Part shown: in pieces, positions 1-12,625 of the stretch
Position numbering within the stretch: the first letter of the stretch is position 1
Layout of the letters: each line of letters starts with the position of its first letter
Assembly (NCBI GenBank): GCA_030141605.1
Contig: JAQGDQ010000001.1
Location: forward strand, 310,001-374,000
From: Tubiluchus corallicola
Taxonomy: Eukaryota; Animalia; Priapulida
Direction of reading: 5' to 3'
Length of the DNA: 64,000 bases
Translations under genes and position numbers: made by a program
The notes under the pieces: model-generated
What the model was told of the DNA's origin: nothing
Database searches by the model: none
Seen by the model: the letters and a program-made list of their open reading frames with translations, nothing else

Positions 1-397
1 GCCCTTCATTGTCCTCATACACTTCCTAAGGGCTTGGTACTTGTTGCCTTATCAATGAATTAAAGTACAAAATCTGGTTTAATCTTTGCCATAGAGTATT
101 TCATGCCAATATCATTGGTTCAAAGTATTTCATCAACATATCTAGAAAAAACTGTTCATTTAATTGCTGTTGCATGTAAAGTGAAGAACTGAATCATTGC
201 AAATTATGCTAAAATACAACATATAACCTATCAATTAGTGGCTTAATTTTACTTGAATCACGTAATAGACAAACTAGTAAATAACTCCTAAGGCCATCAA
301 TTTGGAAGCAAAATGTCTATATGAAGAATCACTGCCACAAAAACATGACAAATTAATCTGAATAAAATATAAAAACAAAACTTTTTCATCAACTTAC

Positions 398-477
398 ACA
401 TCACTGTTAGACCCACTTGAAGAATCTTCTTTTTTCTTTCGTAGATGTTTTTTCTTTTTTCTACTGATTTTAGATTT
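398..477 (-). CDS. DHX16: DHX16/PRP2 coding exon 3 (KSKISRKKKKHLRKKKEDSSSGSNSD); gene continues beyond the window start
   Basis: ttacag acceptor and gtaagt donor; in phase with exon 2; basic/Ser-rich segment resembles the DHX16 N-terminal 'KHLRKK' region. Confidence 0.75.
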
Positions 478-1074
478 CTGTAAGAAGCAAAATACTCTTC
501 TTAAAAAACGAAATGGTGTTCGAGAGTGGCATTTTCATAGAAAGCCTATGTGAGCGAAGCCAAAGATTTAAATATAATTGCTTCTATTGCTCCTGTTAAT
601 ACATATAGCAGTTATCACTATATAAGCCTATACTGTTAAGTAACAAAAATTTGGTGATTCTATTACTTGAAGCTGCCTCACATTATTATTTTTGTTTGCT
701 AAGTAAAAAAAAATAACCACTATATCCACGTGAGATACTGTGATGGCCTAGTATGCCATAGATGTTTACATACAGACAAGTTTTTATATTTAGACATTTT
801 GTTACAGTTACTTTTAACTTAAGAGTTAATTTATTCTGAAGTTGATCAACCAGTAAATCAAGAACTAACTTTGTCTTCCTACAGTTTGTTGTACAAGTTT
901 CAGCATATACACCACTATAGCTAAAAGGGTCACTGTCTTTTATAATAGATTCCTAGAGTCTAAAAATATTATGTAAAAAAGTTATAATAATGATTCATTA
1001 AAGTTCATAAACAGATGAAATTAGCAACTAGTTAGTTTTCCAATCCTAACCTGTTGTAGATGAATACCAACAAT

Positions 1075-1570
1075 ACTGCTTGGGTGAGGACTCAACCCAA
1101 ATTGCTACTCATCTGGATGTAGTTGTTGGGGGATGCCCTTTTGAAAAAACCTTATGCTCAGTGAATTCACAATGGATTGCCAAGAAATGTCACTTAAGTA
1201 TACTAGAGCAAATTCCACACTGACTGACCAAGTCTGATTTTTGATCTGACATTACAAATTCAAGATAGAGGCAATAAGATCATTTTTGAAAAAAACCCAA
1301 GTCCCAACCAATTCGCAATAGATCGCATCATTTCCGCGATGACTCACAGAATCACATTTTCGATCTTCCATTTTGAATTCCAGATGGCGACAAAAGCATC
1401 ATTTTCGAAAAAAACTAAGGCTCCATAGGTTTGTAATTACCCATAAAGAAACTTTATAGAAACATGTTAAAACTGATTCCACGTCAATTAATGGAGTTGG
1501 GTTTTTGATCTGTCATCCTATTAACATCATTTGTTATCTATGATATTGAGTCAGTGAGTCACTCGACCAA
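1075..1570 (-). mobile_element. Helentron/DINE-like non-autonomous repeat copy (same family as 41800-42650)
   Basis: Reverse complement matches 42420-42630 (e.g. tgtggaat..ctagtata, ttcaaaagg.catcccc, gagtagcaat.tgggttgagt); family assignment is inferred from structure. Confidence 0.6.
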
Positions 1571-1879
1571 CAGTTGAAGTGGAACATGTTGAAAAAAAGT
1601 ACTATTATTACTTGTACAAAGTTCACTGTCCTTCTTATTTGATAGATTCAATGTTCTTCTCAAACATATGTTGTACAAATTCAGGCTCTCTACTCTCTCC
1701 AAACTACAGAAATTATTTACTCAGTATAACTGCCATACTTGGGCCTTTAGAATTATCAAAAATTTGCACTTTCACTCTCTGTCTAGACTGCACTAGCTAC
1801 TACATTATGCATAAATCATGTTACTTGACAATTCAGATAGTCAGACCAGAGTTCAGGATTTCAAATGAGTGACACATAC

Positions 1880-2014
1880 TTTTTTTGTTGGTGCTACATC
1901 GACATCATCATCACTGTCAGAAACAAGTTGATAGTTACGATTTTTTTCCTGTGCAGCAATTGCTTCTCTTTCTTGCACTCTAGCTATTTTCTCTTTCTTC
2001 TCCTTGTGAGGTAA
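1880..2014 (-). CDS. DHX16: DHX16/PRP2 coding exon 2 (LPHKEKKEKIARVQEREAIAAQEKNRNYQLVSDSDDDVDVAPTKK)
   Basis: cttcag acceptor, gtatgt donor, 135 nt, phase 0-0; 'EREA..EKNR.Y.L' matches the DHX16 N-terminus. Confidence 0.9.
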
Positions 2015-2394
2015 CTGAAGCAGAAGCATGTGCAAGAAATATGTGAGAAGAATGAATGCAAAAATTGTGCTGCATGTAACAACTGCATGACAAAGAATGC
2101 AATGCAGTTTCTTCCTAGGAAGACAAGAAGCAAACAAAGAAACATTTCATCAAAAAGCATCACATTATCCAATGTGTTAGATTACTTAAATCACAAGTTT
2201 GCAGATATTATTAATTATTATTATTAAACGGAAAAGTCAACTAAATTGAAATAACGCAGTATTTAGCCATTAAAATCACAAATTCGCAGATAGCATTAAA
2301 TAGAAAAGTCAATTAATTTGATATAATGCAGTATTTAGCCATGAAAATACCAATGTATAGCATTAAAATTTATGCAGTTGTGAGAAGATCATAC

Positions 2395-2595
2395 CTTTGC
2401 CCATAGATCATTAGCAAATTTGGTCATCTTATCATCGACAGCTACTGTACCCGTCTCCTGGAGTTTAAGGACGAATTCAGTAGCAGACTCACTTTTTGAG
2501 GCTAGACCTATCAGATATTGACCAATGTACTTGTCACTCATGCCAAGTATATCAAACAGTTGATCTTTCACCCAGTGTTCCACGTTAGATGTCAT
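2395..2595 (-). CDS. DHX16: DHX16/PRP2 DEAH-box splicing helicase, first coding exon (PWI-like N-terminus)
   Basis: MTSNVEHWVKDQLFDILGMSDKYIGQYLIGLA resembles the DHX16 'WVQDELHSVLGLSE..VAQFLIG' start; AAG|gtatga donor; an acceptor near 2657 implies a 5' UTR intron. Confidence 0.9.
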
Positions 2596-3212
2596 GGTAT
2601 GCAGTTATATACTTCAATATCACAAGCTATGCATTTAACACCGGAAAACTGATATTCTGAAAATGAACTGGGTAAAAGTAGATTAATTAGCTAGGTGATT
2701 TCATAAGTGCCCTTAAACAAGTTAGAATACATTTCAAATGGTCTACTTGAACAGAGTTTAGAAGAAATATATAACCTCAGTTCATTGAAGCCTGAGTTAG
2801 CATTACAGCCTGTGCACCTCTAACAGGTTTGCACGAGTTTTAGAGAATAAGCTAGTCGGCCTTGGTCAGCAATAGTTGAGGCCTAGCTGCAAAGTTGAAC
2901 TCATCCACAGAAATGCGTGACAACTGTCAAGGTCAGGAGTAAGCTAGCACACTTGTACAAAACCCCATTTTTAGGCAAAATGTTTTCAAAAATTTTCGGG
3001 CAAAATGTTTTCTTTTCTGGCCAGTTTTTATAAACCTCAATGAGATCCTCACTGTCCGAATTAATTCAGATGTGATCAAAATTTATATTATATACTAACA
3101 TAATATTAGTTAATTTTACGCTATTTTTCTGGTTATAATCAGATGCCCTTGGGACTTATGTAACTCAGGCAGTCGATATGAGGGTCGTCTATGGAATGGA
3201 ACAACCAAATAA

Positions 3213-4212
3213 ACTGGTAGCCTTAATTACTGTTTACCTTAAATATGGCACTGACAACAAGGTTAGATATGGAAAATAGTTTATGGAAACCTTAGCACTT
3301 ATTATTATATGAACTAACAATGGATCTTAACATGCAGGAGAGGCAGCAGTTACTACAGTGACGATGTAAAACTTGTTTGCCTTAGCACTGCATAATAACA
3401 GTAAATGGCATTAATAACACTTTGCATGCTCTCTGGGTATCATATTATCAATAGTTTTTTGCATAGAATAATGATGACGATGATGAAAATGATGATGAAA
3501 AGGATCACGATAATAACAATGACGATAATGACAAAAACAATATCAGAGTGTTGTGTCTCAATAATAGAAATTTTCTGCATTAGTTGATTTCACACAAGTG
3601 ATACTATACATTGTTAAAGTGCAAACACTGTAGTTAATGAAGGTTTTTCAATTTTTTCATCAAAAATCAATTTTTAATTTGTCTAAGGTAGCAAATACAT
3701 TTCATATAATAATTTTGCATGAAAATCCATTGTGTGAGGAGTAGAAACCCACGAAAATTATCAAATATAACGTAAGCGCCGCTTAGTGAGAGCAGTTTTT
3801 CATGAAGCCATGCAAAATGTAGCAAATGCTTATGGTCCTGAAGGAGTTAAGAAGCTAACAGAAATAAAAACTTTTTTTAAGATTAGCAGTTGCTTAGTTG
3901 CTAAAATAGTTTGGCATAGGACTATTTCCTAAATGAAAGTTCCAGAAAGTGCTCTGCAAAAAACTATTGATAATATGATAACCAAAGAGCATGGAAAGTG
4001 TAGTCAACGTTATTAACTGCAGTTGTTACTATGCAGTTGCTAAGGCAAACAAACTTTACATCGTCGCCATAGCAACTGCTGCTTCTCTTGCATATTCAGC
4101 TCCATTGTTAGTTCATATTATAATAACAGATAAAGTTTCCATAAACTATTTTCCATAACTAACCTTGTTATCAGTGCCATTGTTAAGGTAAGCAGTAATC
4201 ATGGCCACCAGT
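3213..4212. mobile_element. Foldback/MITE-like element with ~190-bp degenerate inverted arms
   Basis: 3213-3402 is an imperfect reverse complement of 4020-4212 (e.g. tatggaaaatagtttatggaaac vs gtttccataaactattttccata). Confidence 0.8.
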
Positions 4213-4954
4213 GATTAACAGTTTACATTGTCAGCCGTATATGGTAGCCTAGGCTTGACGTCATTAGACACTCATAAAAATGCCAGCAATGACACTGTTG
4301 CTAAGACTAATCTATGTGGGACGTTTACTATAGTCATAGCAAGCACCCCATTTGTGTATCAATACCCAGTTTGAGTGCCTTATCTCATGAAAAGGTGATA
4401 AACATTGTTCATCGCATAAACTGGGAAGATTTAAGCTGGTAAAATTAAAAAAAGACAGCGAAAAGTCTGACGTTAACATATTATTGGATATGGATGAATG
4501 GGAATGGGGCACACTCCATCACCAATGGGCCAGAATAGTCCAGCAAAAACGATGCAATGTACCATTTTAATAATCACTGTTATTATCTACATTGCACTAT
4601 CGTGAGTAAGTCGTGTAATGTTGGAGTGTAGTGAAATTAAAAAACATTACATTTGAACATAAGTACCTTTAAACAGCATGCCTTTATGGTAGCGGCCTCA
4701 CAAAATGCCCCAACTACAGCCCCACTCTGAGTAGCCACTGATACTGGAATTTTATACAGCAATGTCGAGAGTAGGACACTACATAGATAATAACTTACAG
4801 TAGGAAAATAAAGTAGTCTACGAAAAAACAGGTTTTCAGTAAACATGTTTTTAGGCTGTTCTAAGATTGGACAACTTTTAAAAGAGTATGCCATGTTGGG
4901 TCATTTAAAATTTCTGGTGACATGGCTCCTCATTCTGGTGACATGGTTGTGAAA

Positions 4955-5150
4955 GCACTTAGCAATATACGTTATTGTGGTGTAGCAACAGATGGTAGCA
5001 ACCACGGCTCTGTGAAGCTGTTTCCAGTTCTCGTGCAGTATTTTGACCCTAGTGCATTGTTTTAATAGACCCTAGACTGGTCATTTTTGCCTACTTACAA
5101 GTGTGCGAAAAATTGTCCTCTTTTTCAACTCAGACAATATGGTAACCCTA
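4955..5150 (+). mobile_element. hAT transposon remnant (transposase fragment plus right end)
   Basis: Translates to RYCGVATDGSNHGSVKLFPVLVQYFD (hAT-like D-x-S-N-H...K-x-F-P motif); ends in atatggtaacccta, the reverse complement of a TAGGGTTACCAT-type TIR. Confidence 0.6.
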
Positions 5151-5789
5151 CACACATAGGCCCGTATCATCCACAAGGCCCACCTGAAAATTAGTACGGC
5201 CAACCAGATTTCCTCTGTCATCTGATATAGGTACAAACTGGTCCCAGACTGAACGCATGAAACTCATTTTCCTGGCCTTATTTTGAGCTTTGCCTCCTGG
5301 TCTATTATTAAATCCACATTAATAACAAATTGCTGTAATTATGCAATAATTTAACATTTTTGTGGAAAATACTTGTAATAATTTTAAGCCTCCAATGCGA
5401 TAATCAGCATAATACAAAATGACAATGCCGATGCTTCTGTTCTGTTCACTACCAATGTTATATTGCACTTTAGAGTAACCATTTACCAATCACATCATTT
5501 AAAAACATCTCCAGATGTATTACTATTAGGAAAAGTACAACAGCATAATACCCTATAATTATTATTACCTAATAATAATAATACCGCATAAGCCTACACA
5601 ACCTTAAAAATTTAAATAAAAAGGCTTACAAAGAATGGTTAACAATCTTGAATCTTGCTCACATGGTTGATACCCTAATATTTTCCATGGCAGGATTAAA
5701 CACATCAGAGAAGGTCCTGCTTAGGCTGAAATGCTGCGCTTCAAAATAGAAGTACACACGTGTTTGAATCTTAAACACAATGACTCAGT

Positions 5790-6010
5790 AGCACACATTA
5801 CCTGATTTTATATAATAATAACAATTATTGGATGAAAACGTGCTGAAAACGCTTCTTTTCGTTCGAGCTACAGCTGTTTGGCCAGCCCGCATGTACCGCG
5901 CTAGCCCATATACCGCACAATGCGGTACTTGATCCAGCGCATAATCAGCCTCATAGACGGAGAATAGGAGACCTAAATATCGCAGTTGAAACTGAGCCGA
6001 GTTACCTGTT
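5790..6010. promoter_or_regulatory. Candidate bidirectional promoter / first-exon region for DHX16 (-) and SSNA1 (+)
   Basis: Local CpG cluster (5860-6000) between head-to-head genes; minus-strand donor-like cag|gtaat near 5800 and cag|gtaac near 6004. Confidence 0.4.
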
Positions 6011-6793
6011 CTCCTTGTTTATTTAATAATAACAATTTAAAATATCAATATATTCTAAATAATTCGATAAAATAAAATAAAAATGATTAAGTTTGAAGTC
6101 ACTCTACTGCCAAATATTTTCCTGAATTAGTGACATGCTTTCATGGAATATATTACAAAATCTAAAAAAGTAATTATAGATTATTGCAAAGGAATGATTA
6201 ATGGGAACAAAAAGTGGATGATTACTGTATACAGCAGCAATAACATTAAAAAAACAAATTTTTGTCACATCATGCCTTATGCCATCATGTCCCTTATTCT
6301 TGAAAAACTCAAATAGTTATCACTACTAGTAGTAACAGAATAAAACAAAACAAGATCCAAATGGTTTGAATTTGATGCAAAGTTAAATTAGAGAAAAGTT
6401 CATAAACACAGGGATAATTGTGTAGTTTGTTATTGATCGAAGACTTGCACTAAATTAAACTGAAATGAAGGATAAGCTTATATCAAACAAAGACGTTTGC
6501 CATTGCAGCATCGAAACTGGAATATATGTCAGACGCGGCATTTTAAAGCAGAAGTTTTACATTATCGAGGAATAATCAAAAATTTATTGGTTTTTGCACA
6601 TATTTTACTTTTACTAAGTGACTACTAAGAAGGGACATCGACTGTTTGCTTAAAACACTAATTATTAAACTGAATAAAATTGGTCTCTTTGAAAGTTATT
6701 GGTGTTGTTTTGCAACTAACTGGTTATAGAAAAAAATCGGCCTAAAAATAATTAGACAACTTTACCTTAATTGGTCAACAATTTAAAGCAGTC

Positions 6794-6845
6794 ATGTCAA
6801 AGCAAGGCGCGGTACTTCAGAGTTATAACAACGAGTTAGTTAACT
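6794..6845 (+). CDS. SSNA1: SSNA1/NA14 exon 1 (MSKQGAVLQSYNNELVN)
   Basis: Matches SSNA1 start MTQQGAALQNYNNELVKC; gtgagt donor, phase 1. Confidence 0.93.
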
Positions 6846-7900
6846 GTGAGTAAGTTCAAGTTACATTAAATTTTATTTTAGTTCCTGGGTCCTTTTGGCT
6901 ATTCTCTTTTTATAGTATAGCTGATCCCAAGTGTCCTTCATGTACGGATAGCCTGTTGTAGCGCTAGCATAACATTTACTTTAGAAACGTAAAGTGATTG
7001 AACATATATGTATCAGCACAATTTATGTACAAGCACAGTGGTAGCAGTATTCACTTACCCTCCATAATAAGTTTTATTTTCAATTTCTCATAAAAAGTGC
7101 ATGGATTCCTCTCCAAAATACTATTATCTGTTTTCTGATAGAAATATCTGTCATGTAGCAGTTTCAGGCATCAAATGGTGAAATAGTAAAAATTTGCAAA
7201 ATATGCAACAAGTATACTGCAAATTTAGAAATTTTTACTATGCCTGAAAATACTGTTACCAATGTGCTTGAACATTCCACACTTAAAGAAGTTAATTTGA
7301 AGATATAGTGAAAATGTTCAACCAAAATACTGGTTGTTAGTAATAAAGAACTGCCAGCGTACTGCAGATTACTGGAACTTTTGCTACATCCCCATCTGTT
7401 TGGTATCACAAGTTTCATTGCCATCACCAATGCTGTTGCACATCTATAATTTCTACTGCAGTTTCCCCCGTTACTTGCCATCACTACCTTCATGAGTAGG
7501 GATTTTCATCAACATCATCTTCATCATGTCATTTTAAAAATAGTTTTGAATTGATGTTTTTTGTGTGTGTGGTATAATTCAAAGCATCTTGCAAAATATA
7601 GGGAAGAAAACAAATGTTACAATGCAGCAGAGTGCGATTTAGTAAAAGCAGTAGTCTTTGTTGTTTCTGCAAGTTTTTTCCATGTTTTAAGCTGTAGGCA
7701 TTTTGTGACATATAGCATACTATTCATTGATAGGGTGCCCCTAAGCATTGAAACCCAATTACTACTCTTATCGTTTATTGTCACTTTGAAGGTAGACTTC
7801 TTGTCTAAACTGTGCATAAATATCAACCACTGAAGATTAATATTGAATAAGCTGTAGTGGAAACAATCAACAAATTTTGCCTACAATATACCAAACACTG

Positions 7901-8286
7901 TGTCCGGTCTAATACACGTATATAGTTTTAGTGGTTATTGCAAGCGACCACAGCAACAAACTGTCATATTACGGTTAGAGAACCTGTGAAATTCTCTCTT
8001 ATCTGGCTATTTAATTTTTCTATCAAATGTTTCCACCAAGTAGAAAAACTGAAACCCTAGTAGGTTGTTTTTAGCCATGCTTTCACAAGAATTCAAAACT
8101 GTAAAATTGTGTAAGAAGAATTTCACAAGAATTTAAGAGTGTAAAATTATGGTTTAAATATGGATTACAAGTTATGAGTTTTCGTGTTGGTTGTAAAAAG
8201 AGAAGCATGCAATACGTTAAATTCTCATTAGCATGTTCATTTATTGTTATTTACTGATAATGTGAGGGAGTACTTTAGACCGGACA
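7901..8286. mobile_element. Small MITE-like element
   Basis: Perfect 12-bp inverted repeat tgtccggtctaa (7901) / ttagaccggaca (8275). Confidence 0.45.
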
Positions 8287-8329
8287 TCCACTAACGTTGG
8301 ATACAATGATATGTTAACTTTTTTGGCCA

Positions 8330-8650
8330 ACAGGGGACAACAAAAAGAATACAAGGTGACACGCAAAGCATTCAAAAGATTCTAAACACTGTAGGCCTGA
8401 GCGAACAAGTGGAGATCAAACAAATAGTCTGACTAGGAAAGAAAACAGAAAACAACAAGTGCCCACACAGAGTTACAGTAGGTAATGTTCATCCAAAAAC
8501 TACTGTACTGAGGGATGCAAAGAGAATGGTTGAAAGCAAACGACACGAGTGCCCAGAACTATTCATAACACTAGACAAAACACTTTTGCAGAGACAAAAT
8601 GAAAAAAGGCTCCGTGAAGAATTAAGCAACAGGAAAATAACGGAGAAAGG
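8330..8650 (+). pseudogene. Degenerate LINE (CR1/L2-type) ORF1 C-terminal remnant
   Basis: Reads VLRDAKRMVESKRHECPELFITLDKTLLQRQNEKRLREELSNRK, like the 'FI..D.T..QR...K.LREEL' ORF1 tail; stops upstream. Confidence 0.55.
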
Positions 8651-8835
8651 GACTTTGGAAGTAGAGGCGGTTAAATCATTAAAATAAAGAAAACACCTGA
8701 GCAGCTTGGAGATGCAGCAAAAAACTGACAAAAGTGGACTAAGAAAATTTCTGTAAATACTGTAAATACCGACATTGGAAGTAGAGGCCATAAATTCATT
8801 AAAATAAAAGAAAAACCTGAGCAGCTCGGAGATGT
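8651..8835. repeat. Degenerate direct duplication (~64-bp unit, 120 bp apart)
   Basis: gac.ttggaagtagaggc...tcattaaaataaa...acctgagcagct.ggagatg at 8651 and 8771. Confidence 0.8.
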
Positions 8836-9475
8836 ATATTTAGGTCATTAGCTTCTCTCACACTAGTCTGATTAATGTTATTTTACTGAAATAAGATTGT
8901 GAAAGTTGTAACTGTATATTTTAGGTGCTGCCATCTATTGATTAGTTACTTTAACATTTTACTAGTTCAATTCACCCCTAGTACAGTTGTTTGGTCCAGT
9001 GAATATTCAAACTCACTGGATCTCCCTATTTTCACTGTAATGGGATATGTGAAGCCAAGTTTTTGCATAGTTCTCTACCTATATAAACTGGCTAGATTTC
9101 ACTGCTAGTCACTCTCTGTCTCAGGCAGTGCAGTTGTGCAACTCATGGGACTCACTGTCTAATTATTCGTGATCAGTGCAGGACACTCTGGTCCTCAGTG
9201 TAGTTTAGCAGTCATGTTCATATAACTATGTAAGTGCAATAAAAGTGTTTCAGTTTTGTGCAAACATGTAATCTTGTGTTTACTTGTTTTCTACAAGTGT
9301 TCGATTTCAACTTCACAGAGATAATCTGAGAAATTTTTTTGATTTATAATACAACCACATACCTAAAATGCTTTTTGTCACTTTTGCTAGAAAAGTTTGC
9401 ACATTATCACGCATTAGTCCCAGAGAAATCTTAGAAATTCAAATTTCTTGGTGAAAACTAGAACAAGGCTGAGTT

Positions 9476-9633
9476 CACAGACCAAATCTGTGTCATGAAG
9501 TTTCTCTGGGATATCAATGAACAGTGATCAACTCCGTAACCCACAGCAGACCTACACAGACCAAATCTGTGTCATGAAGTTTCTCTGGGATATCAATGAA
9601 CAGTGATCAACTCCGTAACCCACAGCAGACCTA
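9476..9633. repeat. Perfect 79-bp tandem duplication in SSNA1 intron 1
   Basis: cacagaccaaatctgtgtcatg...cacagcagaccta occurs at 9476 and again at 9555. Confidence 0.95.
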
Positions 9634-9907
9634 ACATACCCTGACTTCAGACACTAGCGTGCATGGCAACAGCTATCTACTTGTTCAATGGGCAACCTTT
9701 GGGGTGGTAAAGTGGGGAGCATTGATGGAAGAAACCAACTAATACAAGTTATATGGACTATTATAAATTGTAGAATTATATGCTGTCACAATTCGCATTT
9801 CTAAGTCAAATAAACTATGCTGAAGGTAAAAAGCAGGTACTAAGTCCTTTTACAGTTGAAGGTTTTTCACATGCTAATTAAGTAACAATCAACTATTTTT
9901 GTTTTAG

Positions 9908-10107
9908 GTATAGAGACTCTTGTTGAAAAAAGGAACACACTTCAGCAGCAGATCCAAGAAGAAGAAGATGAAAAGACTAAGTTGCAGAACGACATACGTC
10001 AGCTGTCTGACCGACTTGCTGATGTGAATGAGAGCTTAAGTCGTAAAATTTTGACTCGAAATGAATATGACAAAACAATAGCAGAAAGTGAGGCTGCATA
10101 TGCTAAA
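9908..10107 (+). CDS. SSNA1: SSNA1/NA14 exon 2 (coiled coil, CIETLVEKRNTLQQQIQEEEDEK...EYDKTIAESEAAYAK)
   Basis: tttag acceptor, gtaagt donor, 200 nt; strong similarity to SSNA1 'QIQEEEDEK..LQN..RQL..RNEFDRTIAETEAAYLK'. Confidence 0.95.
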
Positions 10108-12502
10108 GTAAGTTCTTATTATAAACAGAATTAGTTTTATTTACCGAGGATAGAATTTTCACCATTTTCTTTCAGTGTCAACAGTATGAATATCTTCTTA
10201 TCATGGTGGAGGAAATCATGGAATTAAGTTAATAATTTAAATCCGATGTGAAGGAGTCTTTTCCAAAGAAAGTGTTGAGCTTGATTTAGTGCATTTTACT
10301 TGTTAGATGATGGCAACAAAATTGTCAGTTGTTAGTTACAGCAGCATTTGTGTTTGGTTATCTTGTGCCACATTTCACTTTGTAGTATTCTTTACAAGTT
10401 CAGCATCACAGAAGTGATGAGATGTCCAGGAAAGCCGTTGCTAGTTCATTTGTTTAGCCCGTGATTTTCCGAAGTTTCACAAACAAAATGTAAATGAAAA
10501 ATGCAACTTCGAGATCTGATTTTCCTAGGAAGGAAGCCATCAAATTTAATAAAATTAGCGTCAAATTTTAAGTTACGGTAACTCTTTTAATTATATAGAA
10601 AACACCGTCAAATTTTAAATTTTTAATTGTATAGAAAAGTTCTTTTTGTGTTGAATCTGGCCTTTAAACTTTATTGCATTAGCGACTGAAATGTATCGCT
10701 TTTAGCTTTCTGGTGGTTTCTGCCATTTTGCCTAGCTTTTAGCTTGTTTTACTGTGCAATGAAAAACGATTCCAATTACTTTAAAAAATTACAGTTTTGG
10801 TGAAGTTCACGCAGATTTAAACCATGAAGAAAAAATGGATCTGGGTTTAATAACTGTAAAACGAGGTGTAGCAAAACTTGTCGAAAAGCATTGAGCATAT
10901 TTTTCATTGCTAATGTAGGGCTACAATGATTTTATAAGGGAATCGATGTATTATTTTGTATCTACAATACTTTACCTTTTCTTGCAAAGTTCTTTGCTGC
11001 GCAACCTATATTGCTGTGCTTCTGGAGACTCACTGTCACTCAGTGACTTGGGATTATTTTCACGAAACTTGAAAACTGCTTAAGAAATCTGACAAATTTA
11101 TTGCTTGTAAATTCAGATTATGCTGTCTATTTGCAACTGTAATTCAAACTTCAGGAAGTGATAGACTGACAGTTTCAAGTAATGTAGCATCTACCTACAA
11201 AAACGTTGTTTAATGATACTGTTAAATATTAATAAATGGTTGTCACTTGTAATTCACTTTAATGGACTGAAATATTTTATCTCAGCTCAGTGAGCTCACT
11301 CAGTTATTTGTTGTTGTGTTGTTTCAAAAAATGAATTTGCCTATTTCACTTATGAATGGTCTATGTAAAAATATTATTTACTTTTATGAATGCAAACAAA
11401 TCTTTGAAGTTTTGCATTAGAAAGTGGCTGCTGTACCAGTATGAGTACTTACTAATCTCTTTTGATGGCTGAGTTGGACTTGTCTAAATTACTATTTTAT
11501 TTCAGTATAAGAAGTATGTAATAATAATTTTTGTACATGAGAAACTGATTCGTGATGGAGAAAATGAATTACTGTATTAAAGCAAAGACCTGGCTTCTAT
11601 TTAGACACACCATCTGCAACATTTTGACTCTGTTAAGGTTATGTTCATGCAATAATCCACCTAAACAGAAATACAGTGTAAGTAAATGCAATTGTAAACT
11701 TACACATATCACACGATATGTAGCTTTACAATATTTGTCTGGTTTATTTGTCATAATGTTGATTTTTGCACTTTTTTACATTATATATTTATTTAGGTGG
11801 ATTGTTACATGAACATAACCTTAACAGTGTCGAAACGTTGCAGATGTTGTGCTTGAATGAAAGCTACATCTTTGCTTATGTGGGTGCTGGCTAGCATTTT
11901 TATTTTTGTACATGTTCCTCATAAGTTAAAAGAACAACATACTTAACTCTTGTCTTGTCAAGTTTAGCAAATTTGACAGATAGCAAGAGAACGTTAACTA
12001 GAAATCATCAACGTAATCAAAATAGTTCTCTTTTAATACCTCTGAAAGGCTTTTGCGGAAGAGATCTTGAACCTGGGCTCCCGCAAAGAGAGCTGTACCT
12101 ACTAGCTCTGGTGGATCAATATGGGATTATGATGGATCGAAAAAGTTTTGGATACCTTGACTTTCATCAATTAGTTGGGCCTACTTGGTTAACCAACAGG
12201 TTGCATTTGACAACACCATACATTAATGCAGACATATTTATTAATAACAGTTACTGGGTGAAAACTTGGCCTGCAGATGATGTCACTTGCGGAATGTAGA
12301 GTGTTTCTTGTTTGGTAGCTCATGAAGTTTGCATCAACTATGGGACCTCTTAATTTTGTTTTTTGCAACAAATTTATCTTTGAACAAAAGTTATTTTAGG
12401 GATTGTAAAGGAAACTTAACCGAGTCTGAGTCTGTTAATCACTTTTTGCATATTAACTCATAAATAATAGATCTGAAGTTTCTGCTTTATTATTAATTTT
12501 AG

Positions 12503-12625
12503 ATATTGGAAAGCTCTCAGAGTCTTCTTAAAGTTTTAAAAAAGGATGCAGTTGTCTTGTCGGATGCTGGACGTCGGCCTCCATCGAAAACGCCTAAAGG
12601 ATCACGTAGTCCAAAACGGCCTTAA
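12503..12625 (+). CDS. SSNA1: SSNA1/NA14 exon 3 (ILESSQSLLKVLKKD...SPKRP*); protein 124 aa
   Basis: ttttag acceptor, phase 0; ILESSQ matches SSNA1; TAA at 12623-12625. Confidence 0.93.
   Translation: MLESSQSLLKVLKKDAVVLSDAGRRPPSKTPKGSRSPKRP

Noticed and set aside
1-25. Possible DHX16 exon 4 start (tag|GAAGTGTATGAGGACAATGAAGGG)
   Set aside because: Weak polypyrimidine tract, ambiguous phase relative to exon 3, and truncated by the window edge.
7164-7833. ORFs in SSNA1 intron 1
   Set aside because: No recognisable domain; probably decayed transposon sequence that I cannot classify.
11955-12299. 114-aa ORF in SSNA1 intron 2
   Set aside because: Non-ATG start, no recognisable homology, no splice-consistent link to SSNA1.
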